Shown here: positions 44,201 to 52,630 of the stretch, in pieces
How the letters are laid out: the number at the start of each line of letters is the position of its first letter
Position numbering within the stretch: the first letter of the stretch is position 1
Assembly: GCA_017610265.1 (NCBI GenBank)
Contig: JAFCCH010000016.1
Coordinates: 1-62,641, forward strand
Direction: 5' to 3'
Origin: Nitrososphaerota archaeon
GTDB lineage: Archaea > Iainarchaeota > Iainarchaeia > Iainarchaeales > GCA-2688035
DNA: 62,641 nt
Notes under the pieces: generated by a model
What the model was told of the DNA's origin: nothing
Database searches by the model: none
What the model saw: only the letters and a program-made list of their open reading frames with translations
Made by a program: the position numbers and the translations under genes

Positions 44201-45544
44201 TTAAGTTGATTCAAAACAGGGGTAAATTTCTGGGTTGGTAAGGCAGACTCCTGCAAGAACATTTTCTACCGGGACCTCATATTTGCAGTTAACCAAAACT
44301 GTTGGTGTCCTCAAAATGTCTGCAGCCAATGCTGTTTCAAACATTGAACTAAACCTGTCTTCAACGTCTGCCATGCATTCTGTGTACTTTAAATTGTTGT
44401 AAATGCCTGCGTTTTCCAAAATTTCCTTCAGTTCTTCTCCTGTCATAAAGTTGTTGAAGTGATTGCTGTCACTGCATTCAAACAATGGCCTTGTGTTTCC
44501 TGACAGGATGTCTTCCTTGCTTATTCCACAGTACTTTGAGTAAATGCCCTGCTGAACTTCTACAAACTTTTCAGTGCTAACCTCGTTTGCACAGACAAGA
44601 TTTTTTGCAAGCTGCTGAATATTGCCCCTTACAGTTTCAGGCTTTCCACCGAAAGCGCTCAAATATTCTCTTTCCATCTCAAGGCTGTAGGTTGGAAGGA
44701 AAATGTATTCATAATTAAATGTGACATTGTCAACTCCGTCAAACAAAAACATTAAATTTTCTATATCCTTACTTCTTGCAATTGTGTCTGGGTCATAAGG
44801 ATCTACAAACCATTGAATTGTAAGCTCGTCCTTTGAACCGCATTGTTCTCCAAGATGTATCATTGACCTTATTTTCCCGTCAAGATTTAATTCAGGGAAT
44901 GTAAAGATTCCTTCTGCGTAAGAGCCCCTTCCTTCGTCTACATAGAAAAACAAAACGTCTTTTAACGGAACTATTCCACTGTTGTCTGTTTGCACAAACA
45001 TGGTATCGTCAATAGAATCTTCTTCAATTACAAAAGCGGGCAATTTTTTAATGCCTGTTGCCTGGATTATCCCTTGTGCGTCAAGTGTGTCGTCTTCATA
45101 GATTCTTGCAGCATACCTTATGCCGTTTTCAGAAAGGAATTTTTCAAAAAAGTTCCCTTCCTCACAGTTTGGGCAGTCTGTGCTTGTTATAATAATCATT
45201 TTAAGCTGGCCTTTTTCTTCAGGAGTTGTTCCATTGCCGTTCCAAAAGTCTTCTGGGTTAGCTTCTTGTGGAGTAAGTGCAATGTTTAGGGCAAGCGCAA
45301 TTATTACAATTCCGATAATTCCTGCAACAAGAGTGGAATTGTTCTTGATGATTATAACAAAGTCTATTTCCTTGATCTTTACCTGAACCGGCTTAGCTTG
45401 AACTGGCTTTTTTTGGGCTTGTTTTGCCTGAACAGGTTTTTTTGCCTCTTTTGGAGCATCAGTAGGCTTTGTATCTTCCTTTGCCTCTGTAATCTCTGGC
45501 TTTTTTGCCTCTACAGGTATTTCTTCCTTCTTTTCTTCCGCCAT
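44201..45544 (-). CDS. membrane-anchored extracytoplasmic thioredoxin-fold (CxxC) protein
   Basis: Lys/Pro/Ala repeat tail (KKPVQAK x2), one TM, and TSTDCPNCEEG in a Trx-like context. Confidence 0.6.
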   Translation of the reverse strand: MAEEKKEEIPVEAKKPEITEAKEDTKPTDAPKEAKKPVQAKQAQKKPVQAKPVQVKIKEIDFVIIIKNNSTLVAGIIGIVIIALALNIALTPQEANPEDFWNGNGTTPEEKGQLKMIIITSTDCPNCEEGNFFEKFLSENGIRYAARIYEDDTLDAQGIIQATGIKKLPAFVIEEDSIDDTMFVQTDNSGIVPLKDVLFFYVDEGRGSYAEGIFTFPELNLDGKIRSMIHLGEQCGSKDELTIQWFVDPYDPDTIARSKDIENLMFLFDGVDNVTFNYEYIFLPTYSLEMEREYLSAFGGKPETVRGNIQQLAKNLVCANEVSTEKFVEVQQGIYSKYCGISKEDILSGNTRPLFECSDSNHFNNFMTGEELKEILENAGIYNNLKYTECMADVEDRFSSMFETALAADILRTPTVLVNCKYEVPVENVLAGVCLTNPEIYPCFEST

Positions 45545-45736
45545 TTTTATTACACTGAAATTAGTTAAACGCTCTTTAAAGCACTAATAAACCAATTCCC
45601 TGAAACTTTTAATAAGGTTTTGCTTTGCTTAGGCTTGATTGAAAAGGGTTAAAAAAACAAGCTATGCAAGTTATTTCTAGGGGGAATTAAAATAATCACA
45701 ACAGTTTTTTTAGCAGTATTAATCCTTAGCCTTGCA

Positions 45737-46231
45737 ATGGGAAATGCCTTTCTTTCATTAACTGATCCAAAAAGGATTGAAAAAATGGCTGACAAGATGC
45801 GAAAGGAATCCCTTTCGGGAAAAAATCTTATTGCTCCAAACAACGCCCTTGTTGCTCCTGACGCCTCCGATTTTCAGAATGACCTTGTTCAAACCAGTGT
45901 TCAGGACTCTTATTCTGAGGCAATGCCTGAAACAACTTTTGGGCAAAAGGCTTCAATGGAAAAAATTGCTTATTTAACAAAAAGAATTACAAGGCTTGAA
46001 GAGCTTCTTTTAAAAATAAACAACAGCCAGTTCCTTGTCCAAAAGCTTAATGGAACAAATCTTTCACAGAAAATAACCGAATTTGAAACATTTAGGCAGA
46101 ACACAAAGCTTGAGGTTGCGGCTTTGAAGCAAAGGCTTGACAAGATTGCTCCTGTTAAGAAAAAGCCAAAGCTCAATATTCCTGAAATCAGTGACAAAAA
46201 GCTGCATGACCTTGTTTTCAGGTCAAAATAA
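45737..46231 (+). CDS. coiled-coil protein (N-terminus probably mis-set by a frame break)
   Basis: ATG 45737. The in-frame upstream sequence encodes a TM/signal-like IKIITTVFLAVLILSLA but has no start codon. Confidence 0.5.
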   Translation: MGNAFLSLTDPKRIEKMADKMRKESLSGKNLIAPNNALVAPDASDFQNDLVQTSVQDSYSEAMPETTFGQKASMEKIAYLTKRITRLEELLLKINNSQFLVQKLNGTNLSQKITEFETFRQNTKLEVAALKQRLDKIAPVKKKPKLNIPEISDKKLHDLVFRSK

Positions 46232-46286
46232 GTCTGTTTCCGAATCCGGTGCCTGTTTCCAAGTTCTAAACTTGTTTTCAGGTTTA

Positions 46287-47075
46287 CTAATATCTGTCCC
46301 TAAAATAAGGCAAATTTTGTTTCCTGATCGCTTGCTTTGTTTCCCATCTTCTAAACAGCATTAAGTAGACAATTCCAAAAATTGCTGCGTAGGAATGCAG
46401 GAACAAGTCGACATCAATGTCTGCGGCAAATTCTTTGCTTGCGGTAAACGAGGTCAGCTTTGTTTCAACAACTTCTTTTTTGATTGAAATAATTGCAATC
46501 TGTTCCTTGTTTCCTTCCTCAATTGCCTGCTGAAGGTCTTGTTCAAGTTCTGTCTTTTCTTTCACCAAAACACTTTCGTTTTGTTCAACAACATTTGTCA
46601 CTGCCGGGAAAATCAGTAGAAATACAACCACTAAAATTGCAAGGCCTGCAAGTGCCTTTTTTACATCCAGAATAAGGGCCGCTGCCATTAATCCTGAAAC
46701 CCCTGCACTTGCTCCCATCAATGCAGTATGTGGATTAAATATTGCAAAGGCAATCACTGTAAGGGCTCCTGAAAAAACAAATATTGCAACAACGTCTTTT
46801 GAGGACAGGGTTTTTTCAACAATGGCTGCAAATGCAATAAGGCTTATTATGTTTACTGCAAGATGCCAGATGCTCATATGCATTAGCATATATGAAAGAA
46901 GATTCATTGGTTGGCCAAGGCTGAACGCAAAAGAAATCAATATGTCTTTGTCAATAAACAGACTTCCTCCTGAAAAAAACAGATATGAAAAAATTAAGAG
47001 CAGAAGCAATACTATTGTTGCCTTGAATTTTTTAATGACCGCAATTGCCTTTTCTGGAATTTCTTCGGGATTCAT
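46287..47075 (-). CDS. rhomboid family intramembrane serine protease
   Basis: WHLAVN (HxxxN) and GASAGVSG (GxSxG) lie in TM helices. Confidence 0.8.
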   Translation of the reverse strand: MNPEEIPEKAIAVIKKFKATIVLLLLLIFSYLFFSGGSLFIDKDILISFAFSLGQPMNLLSYMLMHMSIWHLAVNIISLIAFAAIVEKTLSSKDVVAIFVFSGALTVIAFAIFNPHTALMGASAGVSGLMAAALILDVKKALAGLAILVVVFLLIFPAVTNVVEQNESVLVKEKTELEQDLQQAIEEGNKEQIAIISIKKEVVETKLTSFTASKEFAADIDVDLFLHSYAAIFGIVYLMLFRRWETKQAIRKQNLPYFRDRY

Positions 47076-47770
47076 TTTTTTGCCTTCTTTTGCCAGTTTC
47101 CCCAGTCCCTTCTCTCACCTTTGTCGTCTGAATCGTTTCTAACCATTTTTGCCACAACACTTGCGGCGCCAATAACTGGATTTAAGTCGTCGCCCTTTTC
47201 AAGGAATGAAATGCCTCTGTTGCATCCTTTTAGGGGACTGCCGTCAACAATCATTTCAAGCTTTTCATCAATTCCCTCAAGGCTTTTTTGCCATTCGTTT
47301 ATGGTTTCGGCCTCTATTTGGTTCATGGAAATCCCTTTTTCGTGCAAATCTGAAAGCTCTTCTGATGAAATAACCTTTATCTTTATGTCTTCTGCATTCT
47401 CTTCAACAATTTTGCTTTTTTTATCAATGTCCTTTGTCTTCTTGCTGTCCCTTAATTCCCTTAGCCTCTTGGCTCTGCCCAAAACACCTACTATAACAAA
47501 CGGCCCTGTTGATTCGCCTCTTCCTGTTTCGTCAACGCCAAAAATAAGCTCTCCGCCAACATCAACTGCTTTCAGAAGCTTTTCTTTCACTTCTTCGCAG
47601 TCGGGTCCCTGTGCCAAAACTTTTCCTGACCTGTAGAGGGTAACAGAGCTTTTTCCAATTAAACAGCGGAATTCCTCAAATTCAGTTCCCTTTTGCCTTT
47701 CAGGAAACTGCTTTAGGAATGTTAGAACATGCATTTTTTCCTCTCCGGAAAAATTCAGAACGCATTGCAT
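47072..47770 (-). CDS. RNase HII/HIII-family ribonuclease with extra N-terminal domain
   Basis: VDETGRGESTGP, DSKK and GAASVVAK. The start could instead be ATG 47734. Confidence 0.6.
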   Translation of the reverse strand: MQCVLNFSGEEKMHVLTFLKQFPERQKGTEFEEFRCLIGKSSVTLYRSGKVLAQGPDCEEVKEKLLKAVDVGGELIFGVDETGRGESTGPFVIVGVLGRAKRLRELRDSKKTKDIDKKSKIVEENAEDIKIKVISSEELSDLHEKGISMNQIEAETINEWQKSLEGIDEKLEMIVDGSPLKGCNRGISFLEKGDDLNPVIGAASVVAKMVRNDSDDKGERRDWGNWQKKAKK

Positions 47771-47795
47771 GAAAAAAAGAAGTGTTTTGGCTAAT

Positions 47796-48863
47796 TTAAA
47801 TCTTCTGCCTTCTCATTCTTTCAAGGCAAAATCTTGCAATTAGGAATTCGAGCAGACTTTCTGCTCCCTGATTTTTATTAACGTCTTTTGGAGTTAGGCC
47901 ATCAAAGCAGGCTCCTGTTTTCTTGTCGTAAACAGCTGCTCCCTGGCTGTTTCCTCCGAAAAACCAGTTAAAGCAAGTCAAAGCAGATTTTTTGTAACAG
48001 TCATTGCTTGTTGCAAGGAATCCAGCGGTTGCGGCTTGGACCATTGCCCCTGCCTCAATTGGCTGTTGGTCAAACAAGGCTTTTGCCCTGCCCTTTGGGA
48101 GCCATCCATCTTGTCCAACAGGCACAAACATTTCGCCCCTGATTGTTTTTTCTTCAAGGAATGCATAGCTTTTCTCTGCAACCTCCAAAAATTGCTTTTT
48201 GCCTGTTATCTGGAATGCTGCAAATAACGCCTGTGGCATTCTTGCATTGTCATAGGTCATAATATCCTCAAACCACTGCCAGTCATCTGAACTGTTTTGT
48301 TCAAATTCTTTAACAAGCTTGTTTGCAAGCAGTTCGACTCCTTCAACCAAGAGTTTTTGCTTTGAGGCCTTTGCATATTCTGTTAATCCAATTAGCGAAA
48401 GGGCAATAGGCCTTATATCTTCAAGGTTTAGGACTTGCCTTAGGCTTTTGTCAAGCTTTTTTTGTGCGCTTTGCCTGTAATTCTCGTCAAGCCAGCTGTT
48501 AACAGTTCTTCCATATGCCCAAACAGCTCTTCCTAGACAATCAGCGCTTCCGCCTTTGTCTGCAAATTGCCTTTCAAAGGAAAGCGTGTTTCTAAACCAG
48601 CCGTTTTCCATTTGCATGTGGTTCAAAAATGCAAGGTACTTAATGCAATCCTGTCTTGCCTCTTTTTTTTCAAAGAGTTCTCCAAAGTCAAGCATTGCAA
48701 TAAGCGCTCGAGCGTTGTCATCAACTGTGTAGCCGCTGTCAAGTAATGGAATGCCGTGAATTGCATGCTGTCGCATCCCGACACTGTCCGAAAGTAAGTG
48801 CAAGTGGGTTAAGTTAATCGGTGAAAAACTCAATTCCCTAAGTAGTTCTTTTTCTGCAGTCAC
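47796..48863 (-). CDS. hypothetical protein, possibly an (alpha/alpha)6-barrel glycoside-hydrolase-like fold
   Basis: 355 aa, helical repeat pattern, YTVDDNARAL motif. The functional call is weak. Confidence 0.4.
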   Translation of the reverse strand: MTAEKELLRELSFSPINLTHLHLLSDSVGMRQHAIHGIPLLDSGYTVDDNARALIAMLDFGELFEKKEARQDCIKYLAFLNHMQMENGWFRNTLSFERQFADKGGSADCLGRAVWAYGRTVNSWLDENYRQSAQKKLDKSLRQVLNLEDIRPIALSLIGLTEYAKASKQKLLVEGVELLANKLVKEFEQNSSDDWQWFEDIMTYDNARMPQALFAAFQITGKKQFLEVAEKSYAFLEEKTIRGEMFVPVGQDGWLPKGRAKALFDQQPIEAGAMVQAATAGFLATSNDCYKKSALTCFNWFFGGNSQGAAVYDKKTGACFDGLTPKDVNKNQGAESLLEFLIARFCLERMRRQKI

Positions 48864-48871
48864 TTAATAGA

Positions 48872-49369
48872 CTAAAGCGTCTTCAACCATTTAAACCTTT
48901 GCTCAAGCCGTCTGATGTATTTTTTTAGACTGAAGGCAAGCAAGACGAAAGCTATCAAGACAATGTAATCTGTGAAAAAGTCAATCACACTAAGGCTTGC
49001 ACTAAGATGTGCTTTTGTAAACCAGTATGCCACGTTATGAATTGCAACCGCTACTGCAATTGTTGCAAGAAGCTTTGGCCACTCGATCTTTGCCAGGTTC
49101 TTTCCAAACAGTAAGGCAAGGATTCCTATCACGACATGCATTGTTTCGTGGAACAATAGGCTGAACAAAATCATTTCTGGCGGGAAAAAGATCCGGTTGT
49201 AGGAACTTACGCTACCCCATCCAATGGTCAAAAAGAACCAGACTGCCTTTGTCCAGATAACAACTTGGAACAAGGCGTAAACCACTGCTATTCGCTTGAG
49301 TTTATCGTTGAACATTGCGCAATTCACTGAAAGTAATTCAAAAAGGCTCAGAGTTTTGTTTTTCCTCAT
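48872..49369 (-). CDS. polytopic membrane protein with HExxH motif
   Basis: LLFHETMHVVIG lies within a TM helix. The start may be Met19 (49315) if the upstream sRNA-like element is real. Confidence 0.5.
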   Translation of the reverse strand: MRKNKTLSLFELLSVNCAMFNDKLKRIAVVYALFQVVIWTKAVWFFLTIGWGSVSSYNRIFFPPEMILFSLLFHETMHVVIGILALLFGKNLAKIEWPKLLATIAVAVAIHNVAYWFTKAHLSASLSVIDFFTDYIVLIAFVLLAFSLKKYIRRLEQRFKWLKTL

Positions 49370-49405
49370 TTCTTTCGATCAGCAGGTGTTAACGTCATCA
49401 TTGCC
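49345..49405 (-). ncRNA. candidate C/D-box sRNA (61 nt)
   Basis: GGC-A-ATGATGA(C)-12nt-CTGA(D')-9nt-ATGAGGA(C')-11nt-CTGA(D)-GCC. It overlaps the first 8 codons of the annotated ORF. Confidence 0.25.
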
Positions 49406-49411
49406 TATAAT
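49394..49411 (-). promoter_or_regulatory. recurrent motif copy: ATTATAGGCAATGATGAC
   Basis: 24 nt upstream of ATG 49369. Confidence 0.4.
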
Positions 49412-49436
49412 ACTCAATGGTGATAATGCCTTAAAA

Positions 49437-49787
49437 TTAATGGTTTTTTGCAGATTCTTTATGTTTCCATGCTTTTTTTTGGAGAAAAATTAGGGCGCAT
49501 GACAAAAAGTACCACCAAACAACTGTAAGTACAAGAGTTATTCCGAAAACAAGCGAGGAAGAAAAATCAATGTCAACAAAAGTGAGAGGCAAGAAAATAA
49601 AAAGATAAAAATAATTCGCAAAGGAGTACATCATGTTAACGATTATGTTCCCTCCTAAACCAAGGATTGTATCAAACACAAATGCAAAAAGCAGTATCAA
49701 AAATGCGGCAAAAGGAAACAAGATAATTACAACTGCTTTCTTCCAAGTTATTTTCAGAAAATCTATAATTGAAAGTTTTAGGTTCAT
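49437..49787 (-). CDS. small polytopic membrane protein
   Basis: 116 aa, strongly hydrophobic. Confidence 0.5.
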   Translation of the reverse strand: MNLKLSIIDFLKITWKKAVVIILFPFAAFLILLFAFVFDTILGLGGNIIVNMMYSFANYFYLFIFLPLTFVDIDFSSSLVFGITLVLTVVWWYFLSCALIFLQKKAWKHKESAKNH

Positions 49788-49812
49788 AGTTTATTGTCCT
49801 TGAATAGTTTAC

Positions 49813-49830
49813 CTCGTCATTACCTATAGA
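49813..49830 (-). promoter_or_regulatory. recurrent motif copy: TCTATAGGTAATGACGAG
   Basis: 25 nt upstream of ATG 49787. Confidence 0.4.
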
Positions 49831-50095
49831 GCTACATAAAGATTATTGCTTTAAATTAACGCTTTTCTGTCATATTCCATGGTAATTCAAATTGTTTGTG
49901 ATATGTGTCAGACATTTTTTTGTTTTCTATATGATTGCTATGCTTGGTTCTCCTATTAACAGCAGAAACGCTTTGTTTGCGTAAATAATACCTGCTGTGT
50001 TTCCATTTTAAGTTTTTTTAGGTTTGTTTTTCTTCAAACTCTTCTTGCATTTTACGCATAGCGTATCGCTAGAAGAAATCCATGCTCCACAGCTT

Positions 50096-50662
50096 TCACA
50101 TTTTGGCAGCTTGACCGCTCGTTTTCTTCAACGCTTGTTTCACAAATTTTCTTGTTTTGTTTAATGCTTTTTTTAAGTCTTTTTCGTTCTTAATTCCTGC
50201 GCAAATGAGTTGGCCGTTCAAAAAAATCAAAATGCTTGCCTTTGGTTCTGTTAATCTCATTACTGCTCCTGGAAACTGTTCAGGCTCATACTCGACATTG
50301 TCCAAGCCAAGGGCTAATTCAAACAAGTCAAGTTTTTTGTTCAAGCTGGCTGAGGCAACCATGTTAACAACGTTGTACTCGATTTTCCTTCTAACCTTTA
50401 TTTCTGGCTGAACTTCGTGAAGCAGCTTTAGAGCTTTTCTGATTCCTGCAGTAATTTGATTTTCATTGTTTGCGCCACTGACGATGATTTTTCCATTTTT
50501 GAATAACAGCATGCTAACCTTTGGCTCTTTAATTTTCAAAACTGCTCCTGGAAACTGTTCAGGCTCATACTCGATATTTGGAATAGCTAGTGCTAAATTA
50601 TACAAATTCAGTGTCTGCTTCAAATTAGAATAGGCAACCAGGTTAACAATTTTGTAACGCAT
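50096..50662 (-). CDS. tbp: TATA-box binding protein
   Basis: Two direct repeats (NIEYEPEQFPGAVLKIKEPK.. and NVEYEPEQFPGAVMRLTEPK..). ATG 50662 (MRYKIVNLVA). Confidence 0.93.
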   Translation of the reverse strand: MRYKIVNLVAYSNLKQTLNLYNLALAIPNIEYEPEQFPGAVLKIKEPKVSMLLFKNGKIIVSGANNENQITAGIRKALKLLHEVQPEIKVRRKIEYNVVNMVASASLNKKLDLFELALGLDNVEYEPEQFPGAVMRLTEPKASILIFLNGQLICAGIKNEKDLKKALNKTRKFVKQALKKTSGQAAKM

Positions 50663-50870
50663 TTTCAGAAAAACACACTCCTGCAAAAAATAGCAGTAAA
50701 ATAAGTAGAAGAGAAAACACCTTAAAAGAATTCAAAAAGGCTAACATTTAAGGTAAGAAAAAAGAACAATATTTTTGGGATAACTGGTTTGGCAAATAAT
50801 TTTTTTTGGTGAAGGAGAAGGAAGGAGCGAAGCTGATTGCAGTTAATTTCCCTTTTATTGAGGTGGTTTT

Positions 50871-51248
50871 TTGGTTGAAAAAACATTTATTCTAAGATTG
50901 AATAACGGCTCTGACATAATTAGCGAACTTGAAAAGTTTGTAAGAGAAAACAAAATGGAATACTGTCTGCTAGTAAGTGGGTCTGGAAAAATAAAGGAAT
51001 TTGAGTTGATTTTGCATGAATCGAATGGTGGCCTAAACAGGGTCAAGTTTGAGAACGAGTTCGAGTTGAACGCGCTAAGTGGAAAACTTCAAAAAGCCAA
51101 GGACGGCAAAATCAACACAAACATAAAAGTATCAGTAACAAGTACTGGAGTTACACCAAAAGCGGGACAGCTGATAAGCGGAAAGACAGTCGGAGTGTTT
51201 GAAATCAGTGTAAGAAAAGTTGGATTTGGTGGAATAATCGAAGCATAG
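50871..51248 (+). CDS. PPC/DUF296-like small DNA-binding protein
   Basis: TTG start with SD GAGGTGG 5 nt upstream. The LRLNNGSDIISELEKF..EYCLLVSGSGKI pattern is present. Confidence 0.5.
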   Translation: MVEKTFILRLNNGSDIISELEKFVRENKMEYCLLVSGSGKIKEFELILHESNGGLNRVKFENEFELNALSGKLQKAKDGKINTNIKVSVTSTGVTPKAGQLISGKTVGVFEISVRKVGFGGIIEA

Positions 51249-51333
51249 AACAGCGTAGTACTAATACAAGTGAATGCCTAAAAGATGTATTAATACTGTT
51301 TTTGTTTGAGGCAAAAGTATATAAACACTCCTT

Positions 51334-51358
51334 ATAACCTATAGTGAATATAGGTTAT
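51334..51358 (+). terminator. perfect 10-bp hairpin between convergent genes
   Basis: ATAACCTATA-gtgaa-TATAGGTTAT. A third TATAGGTTAT copy lies at 51383-51392. Confidence 0.4.
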
Positions 51359-51361
51359 TAC

Positions 51362-51379
51362 CTCATCATTGCCAATAAC
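51362..51379 (-). promoter_or_regulatory. recurrent motif copy: GTTATTGGCAATGATGAG (orphan, no ORF downstream)
   Basis: Same orientation as the other copies. It points into the 3' end of the plus-strand gene 50871-51248. Confidence 0.35.
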
Positions 51380-51427
51380 TCTTATAGGTTATAATATTTT
51401 TATACTGGTTGCTTTTGTTGGCTTCTT

Positions 51428-51940
51428 TTATTTTATTATTATTTTGTTGGTGTTGCCCCAGGGCTTTACAACAATTAGTGTCTTGTCATCCAGTTTTCTT
51501 AAAATTCTGGTTACTTTTGCTTTTGAAAAACCTGATTCGTAAACAAGGTCCTTTTGTAATATTTCATTTTTTTCCTGTATAATCTCATACAGTTTTTTCT
51601 TGTCTCCTTCCAAAACACTGCTGGCAATTTTTTGTTTCTTATTGTTCTTATCGCCCTTGTTGAAATCAATATAGACCAAAAGAAAACACGCTGTGCTGAC
51701 AAAAGTGAGAATCATTAAAAAAATTACTTGCATTGTGGAAAACATTGCCGGTATTTCAACATACTCTGGTGTTTCGCCATTTACTGTAACATCAATTTCT
51801 GTAATGGCGTTTGAAAAGAAAATAAACGAAATTGAAAACAGGGAAACAAATAGAAAAATCATATAGATTGCTTGCTTCTTTCTTTTTAGCTGGACAAAAT
51901 CTATATGACTGTCTGTTTTATGAAAAGGGTTTTTTTCCAT
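51428..51940 (-). CDS. membrane-anchored winged-HTH regulator
   Basis: Two N-terminal TM helices, then ..LQKDLVYESGFSKAKVTRILRKLDDKTLIVVKPWG.. (MarR/wHTH-like). Confidence 0.55.
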   Translation of the reverse strand: MEKNPFHKTDSHIDFVQLKRKKQAIYMIFLFVSLFSISFIFFSNAITEIDVTVNGETPEYVEIPAMFSTMQVIFLMILTFVSTACFLLVYIDFNKGDKNNKKQKIASSVLEGDKKKLYEIIQEKNEILQKDLVYESGFSKAKVTRILRKLDDKTLIVVKPWGNTNKIIIK

Positions 51941-51955
51941 TGCTTACCGCTGTCT

Positions 51956-52492
51956 TTATTTTTTCTGCTTTCCAAAAGATTCTTTGTATTCGGTCGGAGT
52001 CATTCCCATTTCTTCTGCTTTTGCTTCAAATTCTTCTGCCAGGAATGTTTTGAATTCTTCTACTGTCATTCCCATGGCCTCTGCTTTTGCCTCGAATACT
52101 CTTCTTTTGTCCATCCATCCTTCTTTTCCTTCTTCTGCAATACGTCTTCTTAGTTCTTCCATTGTTATTCCCATTTCTTCTGCTTTTGCCTCAAGTACTC
52201 TGAATTTTCCTTTTTTCTGTTCTACAAGGTATTCCTTGAATTCTTCTACTGTCATTCCCATTTCTTCTGCTTTTGCTTCAAATTCTTCTACCAGGAATGT
52301 TTTGAATTCTTCTACTGTCATTCCCATGACTTCTGCTTTTGCCTCAAATCTTGCAGTGTCGATTTTTCCTTTCAAATCAAAGTCGCCTTTAATGCTTTTA
52401 TCAAAGAGTGTTCCTGATAGTGCAGATCCACTTGCCGTGCCTATTAGTATGGCCATAACGCATACAATGGCTAGAATATATCTTGTTTTCAT
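51956..52492 (-). CDS. secreted helical repeat protein (FEAKAEEMGMTVEEFK repeats)
   Basis: Signal peptide, then about 6 copies of a motif of roughly 22 aa. Confidence 0.6.
   Translation of the reverse strand: MKTRYILAIVCVMAILIGTASGSALSGTLFDKSIKGDFDLKGKIDTARFEAKAEVMGMTVEEFKTFLVEEFEAKAEEMGMTVEEFKEYLVEQKKGKFRVLEAKAEEMGITMEELRRRIAEEGKEGWMDKRRVFEAKAEAMGMTVEEFKTFLAEEFEAKAEEMGMTPTEYKESFGKQKK
51999..52097 (+). repeat. 99-nt internal direct repeat, copy 1 (copy 2 at 52251-52349, 4 mismatches)
   Basis: Aligned by eye: GTCATTCCCATTTCTTCTGCTTTTGCTTCAAATTCTTCT.CCAGGAATGTTTTGAATTCTTCTACTGTCATTCCCATG.. Confidence 0.85.
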
Positions 52493-52630
52493 TTAATATC
52501 ATCTCCAGATATTTTGTTAATGTTAACCTTACTGTTTGAAACACTATATATGCTTTGTTTGAAACCGGTTTCATAAGTGAAAATTTGCAATTGTCTTTTA
52601 TCAAAATCTGCAGTTAAAGCAGAAGTTAAC

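Noticed and set aside
51984-52496. A 170-aa plus-strand ORF with its own internal repeats.
   Set aside because: It is a mirror image of the minus-strand repeat gene. The minus-strand product has a proper signal peptide and start context.
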